Notes: generated from the sequence alone by a model not told the origin. A stretch of DNA of 64,000 bases from an uncultured Gammaproteobacteria bacterium (GCA_902556205.1 CACDVH010000005.1:9091-73090); one strand, 5' to 3'. Shown: positions 21,815-33,372, counted from the first letter of the stretch. Made by a program: numbers and translations.

Positions 21815-23254
21815 CTAAACTTGATCCATAATATATTGAGTCAGCAGGGGAACAGGTCTTCCAGTTGCACCTTTCTTTGAGCCTCCAAGCCATGCAGTAC
21901 CTGCAATATCAATATGCGCCCAAGAATATTTTTTTGTGTAACGGGCCAGGAAGCAGGCCGCCGTTACTGTTCCAGCCTCTCTTCCACCAATATTTGCCAT
22001 GTCAGCAAAATTTGATTTAAGTAAGTCATCATATTCATCATCAAGTGGCAGTTGCCAAACAGTATCTTGAGCAGCCTCACCTGAAATTTTTAAGGCATCT
22101 GCAAGGCTTTGATCATTTGACATGACCCCAGAATGATGTTTGCCTAAAGCAATAATTACTGCTCCAGTAAGTGTTGCAATGTCGATGACTGTTTTTGGCT
22201 TATATTTTTCACAATAAGTTAAAGCATCACACAAAATAAGTCGGCCCTCAGCATCTGTATTCAAGATTTCAATTGTTTGTCCAGACATACTTTTGACTAC
22301 ATCACCCGGTCTTGAAGCATTATGAGCAGGCATATTTTCTACTGCAGGAACTACCACTATTAAATTCACTTTTAGATTCATTTCCGCAATTGCGCTCATA
22401 GTTCCCAGAACTGAAGCTGCTCCGCACATATCGTATTTCATTTCATCCATTCCTGAGCCAGGCTTCAAAGAAATTCCACCACTATCAAAAGTTACTCCCT
22501 TTCCTACCAAAACAATCGGCGCCGCATTGCCGTTATTTGAATAACTCAAACTGATTAGCTTTCCAGGCTGAGAAGAACCTTTAGAGACTGATAGTAGAGA
22601 ATTCATTCCTAATGACTCCATCTCAGACTCTTCTAAAATCTCACATTCTAAGTTATAAGTTTTTGCAAGTGATTTAGCGGCATCGGCAAGGTAAGTTGGT
22701 GTACAGATGTTTGGCGGCAAGTCTCCTAGCTTTCTAGTTAGTGCCATTCCATTTGCAACAGCCACTCCTTTTTGAATTTCCGAAGCGCCATTATTTTTTG
22801 AATAAAGATTGACTGCTTCAAGGGCAATATCGCTTGGCTCTTCTTGAACACCGACTTTGTTAACCTTGTAACTTTCATTCTTAAGTACTCTGGCAGTTGA
22901 AGTTTGAATCCAGGCTTCATCAGCATCCTCAACCTCTATGAAAGGAATAACAACATTTTTAACTTTTGCGTTGCCCATTGCTGATGAGAGTGACTTTAGC
23001 ACCTTAATGAAATCTTTCCTAGTTAAGGGTGACTCTCCTAGACCAACAACAAGTACTCTTTTTGATTTGTAACCTTCAACTTTTCCAAGCATCAAAGTGC
23101 TGGCTAATTTTGGCTCAAATCGATGAAGATCCAAATAAGTCTGAATTATTCTATTATCATTTGATTTATCCTTTGATGCAAAGGCTACTGAGCAGTCTCC
23201 ACTGTAGTGGTCAACGGCTTGATGGGTGACGAAAAACTCCATATCTTCTTCCAA
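21815..23254 (-). CDS. pepA: Leucyl aminopeptidase (M17)
   Basis: 479 aa. Contains VGKGVTFDSGGISLKP, NTDAEGRL and the DIATLTGA signature. The start may be the second ATG (MEFFV, 23242). Confidence 0.95.
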   Translation of the reverse strand: MEEDMEFFVTHQAVDHYSGDCSVAFASKDKSNDNRIIQTYLDLHRFEPKLASTLMLGKVEGYKSKRVLVVGLGESPLTRKDFIKVLKSLSSAMGNAKVKNVVIPFIEVEDADEAWIQTSTARVLKNESYKVNKVGVQEEPSDIALEAVNLYSKNNGASEIQKGVAVANGMALTRKLGDLPPNICTPTYLADAAKSLAKTYNLECEILEESEMESLGMNSLLSVSKGSSQPGKLISLSYSNNGNAAPIVLVGKGVTFDSGGISLKPGSGMDEMKYDMCGAASVLGTMSAIAEMNLKVNLIVVVPAVENMPAHNASRPGDVVKSMSGQTIEILNTDAEGRLILCDALTYCEKYKPKTVIDIATLTGAVIIALGKHHSGVMSNDQSLADALKISGEAAQDTVWQLPLDDEYDDLLKSNFADMANIGGREAGTVTAACFLARYTKKYSWAHIDIAGTAWLGGSKKGATGRPVPLLTQYIMDQV

Positions 23255-23320
23255 AAATTATAATCTCGGTATTCTACCAAAAAACTGTAAAATTTACTCC
23301 TTTAATCATGAGTTTCTAAT

Positions 23321-24040
23321 ATGAAAAAGTTTCTGGCAATCACTTTAATATTGTTAACCAACTATGCATTGGCAGATGTTAGTGTCGTTGTAAATAAGCT
23401 AAAACCTTTTTTTCCTGAAATTAAAGCTGAAAATATCAGTCCTTCTCAATTAGATGGTTATTACGAGGTCATTCTTACTGATCCATTCATAGATGTAATG
23501 TATATATCAACTAATGGTAAGTACGTAATCCAGGGAGCAGTTACCGACCTAGAGCTCATGACAAACATATCTACAAATCGAATTAATTCAATAAAACTTA
23601 ATATTCTAGAAAGTATAAGTGATAGTGATAAGATTGTTTTTAAAGCCAAAGAAGAGAAATATGTCATTAATGTTTTTACTGATGTTGATTGTCCTTATTG
23701 TGCCAAATTACATGCCAATATGCGTCAAATGAATGATCTTGGAATCACTGTCAAATATTTAGCCTCGCCTCTTGAGCAGCTTCATCCAAATGCTCAAAGC
23801 GCTATGGAAAAAATTTGGTGTGCTGAGGATAGGGAGCTTGCTATGCATAATTACAAGTCCAAAAGATACCTTCCTGATAGTCCAGATTGTATAAACCCAG
23901 TTTCAGATCAACTCGCAATTTCAAAGCAATTAGGTGTTAACGGAACACCGTCAATATTTTTTGAAAATGGTACGAATTTACCTGGCTACCTTCCGCCAAA
24001 CGATATATTAAATAGAATTTTGCAGACAGTTGCTCAATAA
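23321..24040 (+). CDS. dsbC: Periplasmic thiol:disulfide interchange protein DsbC
   Basis: 239 aa. Signal peptide, N-terminal dimerisation domain, thioredoxin fold with FTDVDCPYCAKLH, and GV.GTP. Confidence 0.85.
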   Translation: MKKFLAITLILLTNYALADVSVVVNKLKPFFPEIKAENISPSQLDGYYEVILTDPFIDVMYISTNGKYVIQGAVTDLELMTNISTNRINSIKLNILESISDSDKIVFKAKEEKYVINVFTDVDCPYCAKLHANMRQMNDLGITVKYLASPLEQLHPNAQSAMEKIWCAEDRELAMHNYKSKRYLPDSPDCINPVSDQLAISKQLGVNGTPSIFFENGTNLPGYLPPNDILNRILQTVAQ

Positions 24041-25295
24041 AGATAGCGCCAGATTTATTGCACTTAAAGCTATTTGTTTAGTAGCTTTAGAAAAACGCTC
24101 TTTGTCTGAATCACTTTTCCCAATTCATGGTGATGACTTATCATTTGCCAAATCATTAGCATTTGGCTCGATTAGGTTTTATCATCACCTAAATGACATC
24201 ATAACCCCCCGACTTAAAAAACCACTTGAAAAGAAAAATCTTGATCTTCATTGTTTGCTAGTGCTCGGCGCATACCAAATAATCTACACTGATATTTCTA
24301 AACATGCAGCAATAAATGAAACAGTTGAGGTGGCAAAGATTATTGATAAACCCTGGGCAACAGGATTTATTAACGCAGTCCTTAGGGGCATTGATAGAGA
24401 TCAAAAAGTAATTATTGAATCAAAGCATTTTTCTCACCCAAGCTGGCTTATAAAAAAAATCAAAAAAGACTATCCCGAAGATTATGAAAATATATTATCG
24501 GAAAACAACAGAAAAGCCCCTATGTCGATCAGAGTTCATCCATCAATTAATAGAGATGAGTTCCAAAAAGAACTTGAAGAGCTAAATATACATAGTCAAG
24601 CATCTGATATCTCTTCACAAGGATTAATTATTAAAGATGCAGTTAATGTTCATAAATTACCCAACTTTCAAAATGGTTCTTGTTATGTTCAGGATATCTC
24701 TGCTCAATTAGCTGGTTATCTGATTGCTCCTAAAAAAGGGGATTACATTCTTGATGCTTGCTCTGCTCCAGGAGGAAAAACAACACACATTGCTGAGCTT
24801 TGTGAAGAGACAGAAGTGGTTGCATTAGATAATGATAAGATAAGAGTTCAAAAAGTTTTTGAAAATATTAATCGACTGAAAGTGAATAATGTCACAGTTG
24901 TTCAGGGCGATGCCACCAATAAGGATTGGTGGAGTAAAAGACTCTTCGATAAAATTTTAATTGACGCTCCCTGCTCAGGAACAGGGGTGATAAGAAGACA
25001 TCCAGATATCAAGCTATTGAGAAAAGTAAAAGATGTGAGTCAAGCAACTAAAATTCAAGCACAAATTCTAGAAAACTTATGGGGCCTACTTAAGCCTGGC
25101 GGTGAATTAGTGTATGCAACTTGTTCAATTCTAAAAGTTGAAAATGAGTATCAAATAAAATCCTTTTTAGGCAAATTTCAAGATGCTAAAAATGTGGATA
25201 TTGAAATTCAATGGGGTGAAGGGAAAATTGGAAAACAAAAGCTTACAGAGCATAACTATGACGGATTTTATTACGCAAAACTTCTGAAAAATTAA
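24030..25295 (+). CDS. rsmB: 16S rRNA (cytosine967-C5)-methyltransferase
   Basis: 421 aa. NusB-like N-domain, then SAM fold (LDACSAPGGKTTH), DAPCSGTGVIRRHPD and ATCS motifs. Confidence 0.9.
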   Translation: MLNKDSARFIALKAICLVALEKRSLSESLFPIHGDDLSFAKSLAFGSIRFYHHLNDIITPRLKKPLEKKNLDLHCLLVLGAYQIIYTDISKHAAINETVEVAKIIDKPWATGFINAVLRGIDRDQKVIIESKHFSHPSWLIKKIKKDYPEDYENILSENNRKAPMSIRVHPSINRDEFQKELEELNIHSQASDISSQGLIIKDAVNVHKLPNFQNGSCYVQDISAQLAGYLIAPKKGDYILDACSAPGGKTTHIAELCEETEVVALDNDKIRVQKVFENINRLKVNNVTVVQGDATNKDWWSKRLFDKILIDAPCSGTGVIRRHPDIKLLRKVKDVSQATKIQAQILENLWGLLKPGGELVYATCSILKVENEYQIKSFLGKFQDAKNVDIEIQWGEGKIGKQKLTEHNYDGFYYAKLLKN

Positions 25296-25309
25296 GTTAT
25301 CTTGTCAAT

Positions 25310-27655
25310 TTAACTTTTTTCTTTTTCAAGAGCAATGTCTAAGACCTGATCAATCCATTTAACTTTAATAATCTCAAGCTTACTTTTAATTTTTTCAGGA
25401 ACTTCAGATAATTCTCGCTCGTTATCCTCAGGAATAATCACAGTTTTGATACCGCCCCTCATAGCTGCAAGAAGTTTTTCTTTGAGTCCACCAATTGGTG
25501 TAATTTCACCTCGAAGTGTAATCTCGCCTGTCATTGCTACAGCGGCTTTTACTTTTCGCCCAGTTAGAACTGAAACTAATGCAGTGCACATTGCAGCACC
25601 TGCACTTGGCCCATCTTTTGGAGTAGATCCATCAGGAACATGAATATGAATATCAAGCTTTTCGTGGAAATCATCTGAGATGCCCAGAGAATCTGCACGC
25701 AATCTAGTGACGGACATTGCGGCCTGAATTGACTCCTTCATGACATCACCAAGCTGTCCAGTGTAATTTAGTTTTCCTTTTCCTTTATAAGAAGATGCCT
25801 CAATTGTTAATAAGTCTCCACCAACTGATGTCCATGCTAAACCTGTTACCTCGCCGATCTGGTTATGCTCCTCAGCAAGTCCAAATCTAAATTTCTTCAT
25901 GCCTAAAAACTTTGGAAGACTTTTTGAGTTAATTATTGCTTTTGTTTTGCGTTTTTTTAGAGTGACATCTTTAATCACCTTTCTGCAAATACTTCCAATC
26001 TCTCGATCGAGATTTCTTACACCTGCTTCACGGGTGTAATAGCGAATAATATCCATGATTGCAGAATCTTTAAAGACTATTTCTGAGGCCTTAATGCCGT
26101 TATTTTTCATTTGCTTAGCAATTAAGTGTCTTTTTGCAATCTCAAGCTTCTCATCCTCAGTGTAACCAGACAGCTGAATTATTTCCATTCTATCGATCAA
26201 TGCTTCAGGAAGATTTAAAGAGTTCGCTGTTGCAACAAACATTACCTGAGATAAATCATAGTCAACCTCTAAGTAGTGATCGTTAAATGTATGGTTTTGC
26301 TCTGGATCGAGCACCTCTAACATGGCTGAACTTGGATCACCTCTAAAATCTGAAGCCATTTTGTCTATCTCATCAAGCAAGAATAATGGATTTTTAACAT
26401 TAACCTTTTGCATTTTTTGAACAATAGAGCCAGGCATCGCACCAATGTAGGTCCTCCTATGGCCACGAATTTCCGCCTCATCTCTAACTCCGCCAAGAGC
26501 CATTCTGACATACTTTCGATTCACCGATTTTGCTATTGACTCTCCTAGGGAAGTTTTTCCAACTCCTGGAGGTCCAACCAAACATAATATGTTTGCCTTA
26601 TTATGAGTCACACGACTCTGAACAGCAAGATGCTCCATAATCCTTTCTTTGACCTTATCTAGGCCATAATGATCAGCATCAAGGATCTTTTGAGCCTTCA
26701 CTAAGTCTTTATTTGTTTTTGTTTTCTTGCTCCATGGGACAGAACATAAATTTTCGATGTAAGTTCTGATAATTGATGCGTCGGATGACTGAGACGACAT
26801 TCTTTGAAGTTTATTCAATTCACTTTGGGCTTTGTTCTTTGCCTCTTTAGGCATCTTAGCCTTATTGATATTATTTTGTAGTTCCTCAATTTCATTTTCG
26901 TCATCAAGCGTTCCGAGTTCTTTTTGAATAGACTTCATTTGTTCATTCAAATAATAATCTCTCTGGTTCGACTCCATTTGCTTACGAACTCTATTTTGAA
27001 TCTTCTGCTCAGCGCCCAATACATCCAATTCACCCTCAAGTATAGAAAGGATAGCTTCAAGCCTATCTTTCGCCAGTCCGCTCTCAAGAAGACTTTGCTT
27101 TTCTTCAACCTTAAGATTTAAATTTGCAATAATTACATCACTAAATCTCTCTATATCAGTAATTTCTTTAAGAACCTTATAAACTTCTTCAGGAATTTTT
27201 TTACTCAGCTTAATATATTTTTCAAAATTTTCGAGAGCAAGGCGCATCATAGCCTTAATCTCAGTATCATCATCAAAACTAAGAGTACAGTCAGTGAGGA
27301 CAACCTCTGTGTAATCTCCTAAGTCAACAAACTCCTCAATTTTCCCTCGTTTAACGCCTTCAACAAGAACTTTGATGGTTCCATCAGGCAGTTTCAATAG
27401 CTGGAGAATTGTTGCAAGTGTGCCAACTTTGTGAAGTTCATCATTCGTTGGCTCTTCAATAGTTTCATCTTTTTGCGTTGCCAAGAATACATTTTTATCT
27501 GCTTCCATAGCTTGAGTAATTGCCTTTACAGACGACTTTCGGCCTATGAATAGAGGTATGACAGTGTGAGGGAAAACCACTACATCTCTAAGTGGTAAAA
27601 GAGGTATTGACTGCTTAACTATGCCGTTTGACTCTGCTGGGGATTCTGCTTCCAT
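25310..27655 (-). CDS. lon: ATP-dependent Lon protease
   Basis: 781 aa. Contains IPLLPLRDVVVFPH, Walker A GPPGVGKTS and the protease site PKDGPSAG. The start overlaps the hflX 3' end by 37 nt. Confidence 0.98.
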   Translation of the reverse strand: MEAESPAESNGIVKQSIPLLPLRDVVVFPHTVIPLFIGRKSSVKAITQAMEADKNVFLATQKDETIEEPTNDELHKVGTLATILQLLKLPDGTIKVLVEGVKRGKIEEFVDLGDYTEVVLTDCTLSFDDDTEIKAMMRLALENFEKYIKLSKKIPEEVYKVLKEITDIERFSDVIIANLNLKVEEKQSLLESGLAKDRLEAILSILEGELDVLGAEQKIQNRVRKQMESNQRDYYLNEQMKSIQKELGTLDDENEIEELQNNINKAKMPKEAKNKAQSELNKLQRMSSQSSDASIIRTYIENLCSVPWSKKTKTNKDLVKAQKILDADHYGLDKVKERIMEHLAVQSRVTHNKANILCLVGPPGVGKTSLGESIAKSVNRKYVRMALGGVRDEAEIRGHRRTYIGAMPGSIVQKMQKVNVKNPLFLLDEIDKMASDFRGDPSSAMLEVLDPEQNHTFNDHYLEVDYDLSQVMFVATANSLNLPEALIDRMEIIQLSGYTEDEKLEIAKRHLIAKQMKNNGIKASEIVFKDSAIMDIIRYYTREAGVRNLDREIGSICRKVIKDVTLKKRKTKAIINSKSLPKFLGMKKFRFGLAEEHNQIGEVTGLAWTSVGGDLLTIEASSYKGKGKLNYTGQLGDVMKESIQAAMSVTRLRADSLGISDDFHEKLDIHIHVPDGSTPKDGPSAGAAMCTALVSVLTGRKVKAAVAMTGEITLRGEITPIGGLKEKLLAAMRGGIKTVIIPEDNERELSEVPEKIKSKLEIIKVKWIDQVLDIALEKEKS

Positions 27656-28950
27656 AATAATGAAACACCTTGCTTATCTAATAATCTTTCTAGATAGTGA
27701 CTCGTAACGTTAATTTCAAGTAGCCATTGGCCAAATTCATTCATTATTTCTTTTTTTATAAATCCCACTTTATGGATTTCACTTCTGATATATGCTGACT
27801 GGACATCTAATTTAATACTGGCAAAAGTCATCATTCCACTAAGGCCTTGAGAGAGAGCTTCATAAAGAAGATCCACACCTTCACCAGTGTGAGCTGAAAG
27901 CCATACACGATAAATATTGCCTTCATTGTCCTTATCTATTCTTGGTTTAAAATCATTGATACCATCAATTTTATTCATAACAATGATTCTTGGAATTTCT
28001 GCAGCATCAATTTGCTCAATAATTTCTTCAACTTGCTCAATCTTGTCCCTACTGTTAGGGTCAGAAGCATCCACAACATGAAGAAGTACATCAGCCTGGC
28101 GGGTTTCCTCTAAAGTTGATTTGAAAGCCTCTATGAGCTCATGGGGGAGGTCTTGAATAAAGCCTACTGTATCTGCAATGACTGCTTCTCCAGATGCTGG
28201 CAGCATGACTCTTCTAATGGTAGAGTCTAAGGTTGCAAACAACTTATCATCTGCATAAACTTGAGCTTTAGTTAAAAGATTAAAAAGAGTCGACTTTCCA
28301 GCATTTGTATAACCTGCAAGTGAAATCATAGGAAGCTGATTTTTTACCCTGGATTTTCGTCCTAGGTCATGCTGTTTATGTACTTTTGAAAGGCGCTTAT
28401 TGATATTTTTAATTCTCAACGAGATTAGTCGTTTATCAGTTTCTAACTGCGTTTCACCAGGTCCTCGAAGCCCAATACCTCCCTTTTGCCTCTCTAGGTG
28501 AGTCCAACCTCTTACGAGTCTTGTTGATAGATGCTTTAATTGGGCCAATTCAACTTGAAGCTTTCCCTCAAATGAGCTCGCTCTTAATGCAAAGATATCA
28601 AGTATTAGGCCAGTTCTATCCATCACTTGGCACTTTAATGCTTTTTCTAAGTTACGTTCTTGAGAAGGGGACAACTGCATTGAAAAGATAACAAGCTCAA
28701 TTTCATTTTCTCTGACAAGCAATTCAAGCTCATCTACCTTACCTGTCCCAATAAAAAACTGTGCCTTTGTGAAGCTTCTTTTAATTGCTAACGTTTCAAC
28801 AATATTTAAACCAGATGATTCCGCTAGTTGTTGAAACTCTTCTAAACTTCCATTTGAATGGTTACCTGAGGTGAGCTCAACATGGACAAGGATTGTTCGC
28901 TCACCTTGACCAACTGCATCCTTCTGGCGATCAAATAGATCCGAAGACAT
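27619..28950 (-). CDS. hflX: GTPase HflX
   Basis: 443 aa. HflX N-domain (LQVELAQLKH...GPGETQLE.D.R), then G-domain GYTNAGKST, DTVGF and NKID. Confidence 0.93.
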   Translation of the reverse strand: MSSDLFDRQKDAVGQGERTILVHVELTSGNHSNGSLEEFQQLAESSGLNIVETLAIKRSFTKAQFFIGTGKVDELELLVRENEIELVIFSMQLSPSQERNLEKALKCQVMDRTGLILDIFALRASSFEGKLQVELAQLKHLSTRLVRGWTHLERQKGGIGLRGPGETQLETDKRLISLRIKNINKRLSKVHKQHDLGRKSRVKNQLPMISLAGYTNAGKSTLFNLLTKAQVYADDKLFATLDSTIRRVMLPASGEAVIADTVGFIQDLPHELIEAFKSTLEETRQADVLLHVVDASDPNSRDKIEQVEEIIEQIDAAEIPRIIVMNKIDGINDFKPRIDKDNEGNIYRVWLSAHTGEGVDLLYEALSQGLSGMMTFASIKLDVQSAYIRSEIHKVGFIKKEIMNEFGQWLLEINVTSHYLERLLDKQGVSLLWKQNPQQSQTA

Positions 28951-28984
28951 AGTTAAATTTCAAACATAAATGAGCTTAAAACTA

Positions 28985-30250
28985 TCAACTTGCTTTTCGA
29001 ATGTTAGTTTTCTTATTATTCGACTCATGAAGAATAACAGGCTGCTTTACGCCTTCTACAACAGCTTTATCTATAACAACCTCCTTTGCAGTCGGGGCAG
29101 AAGGTATTTCATACATTGTTTCTAGAAGAAGATCTTCCATGATTGCTCTAAGACCTCTTGCGCCAGTTTTTCTTTTGAGTGCTAATCTGGCAATTGCAAC
29201 TAGGGCATTTTTTCTAATTCTCAGCTTGACTCCCTCAATTGCAAAAAATTGTTGAAACTGCTTAACTACTGAATTTTTTGGTTTCATAAGAATCTCTATC
29301 AAAGCCTCTTCATCGAGCTCATCAAGTGAAGTATGAACTGCTAAACGACCTACTAATTCAGGGATAAGTCCAAACTTTATTAAATCATCAGGCTCTAAGA
29401 ATTTGTAAAGTTCAGTCAAAGTCTTTTTGTCTCCCTCATCTTTTACATTTGCAGAAAAGCCTATTCCAGTAGCCTTTTCAACTCGCCTATCAATTACCTT
29501 GCCAAGACCATCAAATGCGCCACCGCAAATAAATAAAATTTTAGAGGTATCTACATCGATGGTTTCCTGATTAGGATGTTTTCTTCCACCCTGAGGTGGA
29601 ACAGATGCGATAGTGCCCTCAATCAATTTAAGCATCGCTTGCTGAACCCCTTCTCCAGAGACATCTCTTGTAATTGATGGAGAATCTGAACGACGTGAGA
29701 TTTTATCAATTTCATCAATGAATATAATCCCTTGCTCAGCCCTTTCTGGATCAAAATCACACTTAGATAGTAGACTCTTTATTACATTTTCTACATCATC
29801 TCCTACATAACCAGCCTCGGTTAAGGTTGTAGCATCAGCAACTGCAAAAGGAACATCCAAAAATCTAGCTAAAGATTGTGCTAATAGAGTTTTTCCACTT
29901 CCAGTTGGGCCTATCAGTAATATATTAGATTTATCAAGCTCGACATCATTTGATACGTAATTGGATTTAAGCCTTTTGTAGTGATTATAGACTGCGACGG
30001 AAAGTACTTTTTTGGCATGAGATTGTCCGATGACATACTCGTTGAGTGAATTAAATAAATCTTTAGGAGTGTAATCCCAATCCTGATGTTGATCTTTTTT
30101 GTCCTTGATAGATTGTTCTTGAATTAGGTTGTAGCAAGAATCAATGCATTCATCACATATGTAAACGCCAGGGCCTGCTATAAGACGAGAAACCTCATCC
30201 TTGTTTTTAGAGCAAAATGAACAGCTTAGTTCTTCAGTATTTTGATCCAT
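28985..30250 (-). CDS. clpX: ATP-dependent Clp protease ATP-binding subunit ClpX
   Basis: 421 aa. Zn-finger CSFC....C..C, Walker A GPTGSGKT, and GYVGDDVE. Confidence 0.98.
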   Translation of the reverse strand: MDQNTEELSCSFCSKNKDEVSRLIAGPGVYICDECIDSCYNLIQEQSIKDKKDQHQDWDYTPKDLFNSLNEYVIGQSHAKKVLSVAVYNHYKRLKSNYVSNDVELDKSNILLIGPTGSGKTLLAQSLARFLDVPFAVADATTLTEAGYVGDDVENVIKSLLSKCDFDPERAEQGIIFIDEIDKISRRSDSPSITRDVSGEGVQQAMLKLIEGTIASVPPQGGRKHPNQETIDVDTSKILFICGGAFDGLGKVIDRRVEKATGIGFSANVKDEGDKKTLTELYKFLEPDDLIKFGLIPELVGRLAVHTSLDELDEEALIEILMKPKNSVVKQFQQFFAIEGVKLRIRKNALVAIARLALKRKTGARGLRAIMEDLLLETMYEIPSAPTAKEVVIDKAVVEGVKQPVILHESNNKKTNIRKAS

Positions 30251-30262
30251 TAGTATGCTTTA

Positions 30263-30859
30263 TTAGCGTTTGTTAATCACTTTATCAATGAGTCCATATT
30301 TAGCAGATTCACTGGCCGACATAAAATTATCACGATCAGTATCTTTCTGGATATTCTTTAAACTCTGACCCGTATGATCTTTAAGAATTGAATTCAGATT
30401 ATCTCTTACCTTAAGAATTTCTTGAGCATGAATATCAATATCACTCGCCTGTCCAGAAAACCCGCCTAAAGGTTGGTGAATCATACATCTGGCATGAGGA
30501 AGTGCAAACCTTTTACCCTTAGTACCAGCAGTAAGTAACAAAGCACCCATGCTTGCGGCCTGTCCAATACATAAAGTTGAAATATCAGGCTTGATAAATT
30601 GCATTGTATCGTAGATAGCCAGCCCAGCAGTTACAGAACCTCCTGGAGAATTAATATATAAATGAATATCTTTATCTGGATTCTCAGATTCCAAGAAAAG
30701 TAGCTGTGCAACAACAACATTTGCGGCATAGTCTTCGACTGGACCGACCATGAAAACCACTCTTTCTTTTAAAAGTCTTGAATAGATATCGTAAGCTCTC
30801 TCACCTCTACCTGAGCTCTCGATAACCATAGGGATTTGATTTAAATTTTGAATTGTCAT
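30263..30859 (-). CDS. clpP: ATP-dependent Clp protease proteolytic subunit
   Basis: 198 aa. Contains GQAASMG (Ser) and MIHQP (His) catalytic motifs. Confidence 0.98.
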   Translation of the reverse strand: MTIQNLNQIPMVIESSGRGERAYDIYSRLLKERVVFMVGPVEDYAANVVVAQLLFLESENPDKDIHLYINSPGGSVTAGLAIYDTMQFIKPDISTLCIGQAASMGALLLTAGTKGKRFALPHARCMIHQPLGGFSGQASDIDIHAQEILKVRDNLNSILKDHTGQSLKNIQKDTDRDNFMSASESAKYGLIDKVINKR

Positions 30860-30860
30860 A

Positions 30861-32159
30861 TTAATTTTGAGTATTCATTATTTCTAAAAAGTTTTTTTCA
30901 GTTGAGGTAACTTTTGCCTCATCTGCGATGTGCTTAGCTACTAGATCTTCAACAACAATTGATTCAATATTAGCCAGACGTGAAGGGTCAGTATTGTACC
31001 AATCAATCATCTGTTGGGCACTTTCACCATATTGGAGTGACATTTCATTTAGTTTAGCATCAACTAAGTCTTTCTCAGCCGTTATTTCTGAATCAGTAGC
31101 AATTTTATTGATCAGTAAGCCAAGCTTAACTCTTCTAGCAGCCTCCTCATTAAACATTTCAGCTGGAAGCTTACCCTTTGAAGGCATTCCTTGTTGCTCC
31201 ATACGTGACTCCATATCTTGCTGAAGTCTCAAAGCCTCTGAAGAAACACTTCCCTCAGGAACCTCAAAATCATTTGCCTCTAATAGAGCTGAAAAAGCAG
31301 TATCTTTATTTTGTTGAACAAGGCGTGAATCTAGCTCCATTTTCATTTGACTTGTCATTCTTGTTTTCATTGTTTCGAAGTCTGATTCACCAAATTTCTT
31401 GGCAAACTCATCATCTCTTTTCAGCTCAATAGGAGAACCAACCTCGTTAACTTTAACTTTAAAAATAGCCTCTCTTCCAGCTAAATTCTCAACATGATAA
31501 TCTTCTGGGAATGTAGCATTCACCTCAACATTTTTACCTGGAGCAATATCAATAAGGCCCTTCTCAAAGCCATCAATCATTGTTCCTCTGCCCAGTATGA
31601 TTTCGAATGCTTCAGCAGCGCCGCCCTCAAAAGATTCACCGTCCATTAGGCCTTCAAAGTCAATTATTAAGCGGTCACCTTCTTTTGACTTACGCTTAAC
31701 GCTTTTGTATTCAGTTGATCTATCTTGAAGATCTTGTAATGCACGCTCTTCATCCTCTTCAGTGACTTTTGAGGTGACTTGGTCAATTTTTAGACTAGAC
31801 AAAGCATTTAATTTGATTTCAGGATAGACTTCAAATTCTATTGTATAAATTAAACTCTCAGAATTTTCAGTATCAACATTAGTGAGTGATGGCTGCGCAG
31901 CAGGAACTACATCCGCATCCTTTAAAGCATCTTCTAAGGTCTCACTGACCATTTCAGTGGCAGCGTCTGACTTAGCACTTGCACCAAATCTTTGACGCAA
32001 TATATTTGCAGGGATTTTGCCTTTTCTAAAGCCATCAATACGAACCTTAGTTGCGAGACTCTTGATGATTTTTTCTGTTTTTTGATTGAACGTGTCTACT
32101 GGCAATTCAACTGTAAGAGATCTCTTAAGTCCCTCGAGTGTGGTGAGTGATGTCTTCAT
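30861..32159 (-). CDS. tig: Trigger factor
   Basis: 432 aa. Contains GFRKGK.P and the central FKBP-type domain. Directly upstream of clpP. Confidence 0.95.
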   Translation of the reverse strand: MKTSLTTLEGLKRSLTVELPVDTFNQKTEKIIKSLATKVRIDGFRKGKIPANILRQRFGASAKSDAATEMVSETLEDALKDADVVPAAQPSLTNVDTENSESLIYTIEFEVYPEIKLNALSSLKIDQVTSKVTEEDEERALQDLQDRSTEYKSVKRKSKEGDRLIIDFEGLMDGESFEGGAAEAFEIILGRGTMIDGFEKGLIDIAPGKNVEVNATFPEDYHVENLAGREAIFKVKVNEVGSPIELKRDDEFAKKFGESDFETMKTRMTSQMKMELDSRLVQQNKDTAFSALLEANDFEVPEGSVSSEALRLQQDMESRMEQQGMPSKGKLPAEMFNEEAARRVKLGLLINKIATDSEITAEKDLVDAKLNEMSLQYGESAQQMIDWYNTDPSRLANIESIVVEDLVAKHIADEAKVTSTEKNFLEIMNTQN

Positions 32160-32262
32160 CTATTTCTAAATCCGTAACATATTAAAAAAAGGCAAATTAT
32201 ACAGTATTTTGGGTCTTAAAAAAAAGTGCACTTAAGACGTAAAAATAAGTTTGTGTGCGATA

Positions 32263-33372
32263 CTAGAAGCGAGAACCAGCAAAGCTGATTTGATGATGAG
32301 TGCATGAAAGCCAATCTCTATTAATTTCAATTCCCCAGCCAGGCTGATGAGTCATTTCTAAGTTTCCTTTAACAATCTTAAAATCTGGGGTAAAAATGTT
32401 GTCTTGCCAAGGGTAATAATCAAGGCCCTCAATAGAAAATTCGAGATACTTTCCTGGATTATTTATAGAGCCCATAATGTGTGCAGAAAAAAGCGTTACT
32501 AATGAAAGATTAGCAGCATGCAGAGTCACTGGAATACTCTTTTTTTCAGCCATTTTAGCAACTTCTAATGTTCGAGTAATGCCTCCTAGGTAACAAATAT
32601 CAGGCTGGATAATATCAACTACTTTAGTGTCAATCATATGCCTCCAAACCCTCATGTCATTATCCTGCTCACCACCACTGACATCAATCTCAAGGGCATC
32701 AGAGACTTCTCGAGTCCAGTCTGGTTTCCAATAAGGACATGGCTCTTCAAAATGACTCACGCTATAATCCTGGAGCATATGTCCTACTTCTATTGCTTTT
32801 TTTGGACTGTAAGCACTATTAGCATCAACAAGCAAAGTCACTTTATCACCTAACTGCTTCCTCACCTCTTTGACAATTGATTCAGTTCGACCAGGCCATT
32901 GATCTATGTCATGGCCGCACTCTTTACCAATTCTAAACTTAAAGGCATAGTAGCCATACTTTTCCTTTAACTCCAGAAGTCTCTGGGCTTCAGCTTCAGG
33001 AGAAATTTCGCGCTGCATACTAGATGCATACACTGGAATAGATTTAGGGTTCCCTCCAATAAGCTGACATACACTTTGATTGGCTCTTTTCGCCTTAATA
33101 TCCCAAAGTGCGGTATCTACGCCGCATAGTGCCCTATAAAGATAAGTGCCAGGAAATTTATGTTCTCTTTCCAAAACCTCTCGGTTGACTTCCGGTATGT
33201 TAAGTCCACTCATCCCCAAAACATGGGGGGCAACTTGAAGATGGACTATTTGAGAGGTTATTTCACTGTTATAGGTTGCAGTCTGCCCCCATCCTTCATC
33301 ACCCTCATCAGTTCTCAAACGAACCAATCCAACATATTCATTAGTAAATGTTTCAATGCTAATTATCTTCAT
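32263..33372 (-). CDS. Enolase-superfamily enzyme (mandelate racemase / muconate lactonizing enzyme family)
   Basis: 369 aa. Metal-ligand pattern LLVDANSAY / HFEEPC / SGGEQD, then IIQPDI and TLHAAN (Asp/His-type base). 14-nt overlap with the upstream GMC gene. Confidence 0.8.
   Translation of the reverse strand: MKIISIETFTNEYVGLVRLRTDEGDEGWGQTATYNSEITSQIVHLQVAPHVLGMSGLNIPEVNREVLEREHKFPGTYLYRALCGVDTALWDIKAKRANQSVCQLIGGNPKSIPVYASSMQREISPEAEAQRLLELKEKYGYYAFKFRIGKECGHDIDQWPGRTESIVKEVRKQLGDKVTLLVDANSAYSPKKAIEVGHMLQDYSVSHFEEPCPYWKPDWTREVSDALEIDVSGGEQDNDMRVWRHMIDTKVVDIIQPDICYLGGITRTLEVAKMAEKKSIPVTLHAANLSLVTLFSAHIMGSINNPGKYLEFSIEGLDYYPWQDNIFTPDFKIVKGNLEMTHQPGWGIEINRDWLSCTHHQISFAGSRF

Noticed and set aside
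32213-32238. GTCTTAA...TTAAGAC inverted repeat (with internal AAGTGCACTT palindrome) between the enolase-gene stop and the tig start, as a terminator or operator
   Set aside because: It has a 7-bp AT-rich stem and a 12-nt loop, with no U-tract in the right position on the minus strand. It cannot be distinguished from chance.
32263-33372. Calling the enolase-superfamily gene a (hydroxy)proline betaine 2-epimerase (HpbD) because of the nearby betaine SBP
   Set aside because: The catalytic pattern visible here (FKFRIGK; IIQPDI; TLHAAN) looks like an Asp/His-type MR-subgroup member, not the Lys-x-Lys/Lys pattern I recall for HpbD. The call is left at family level.
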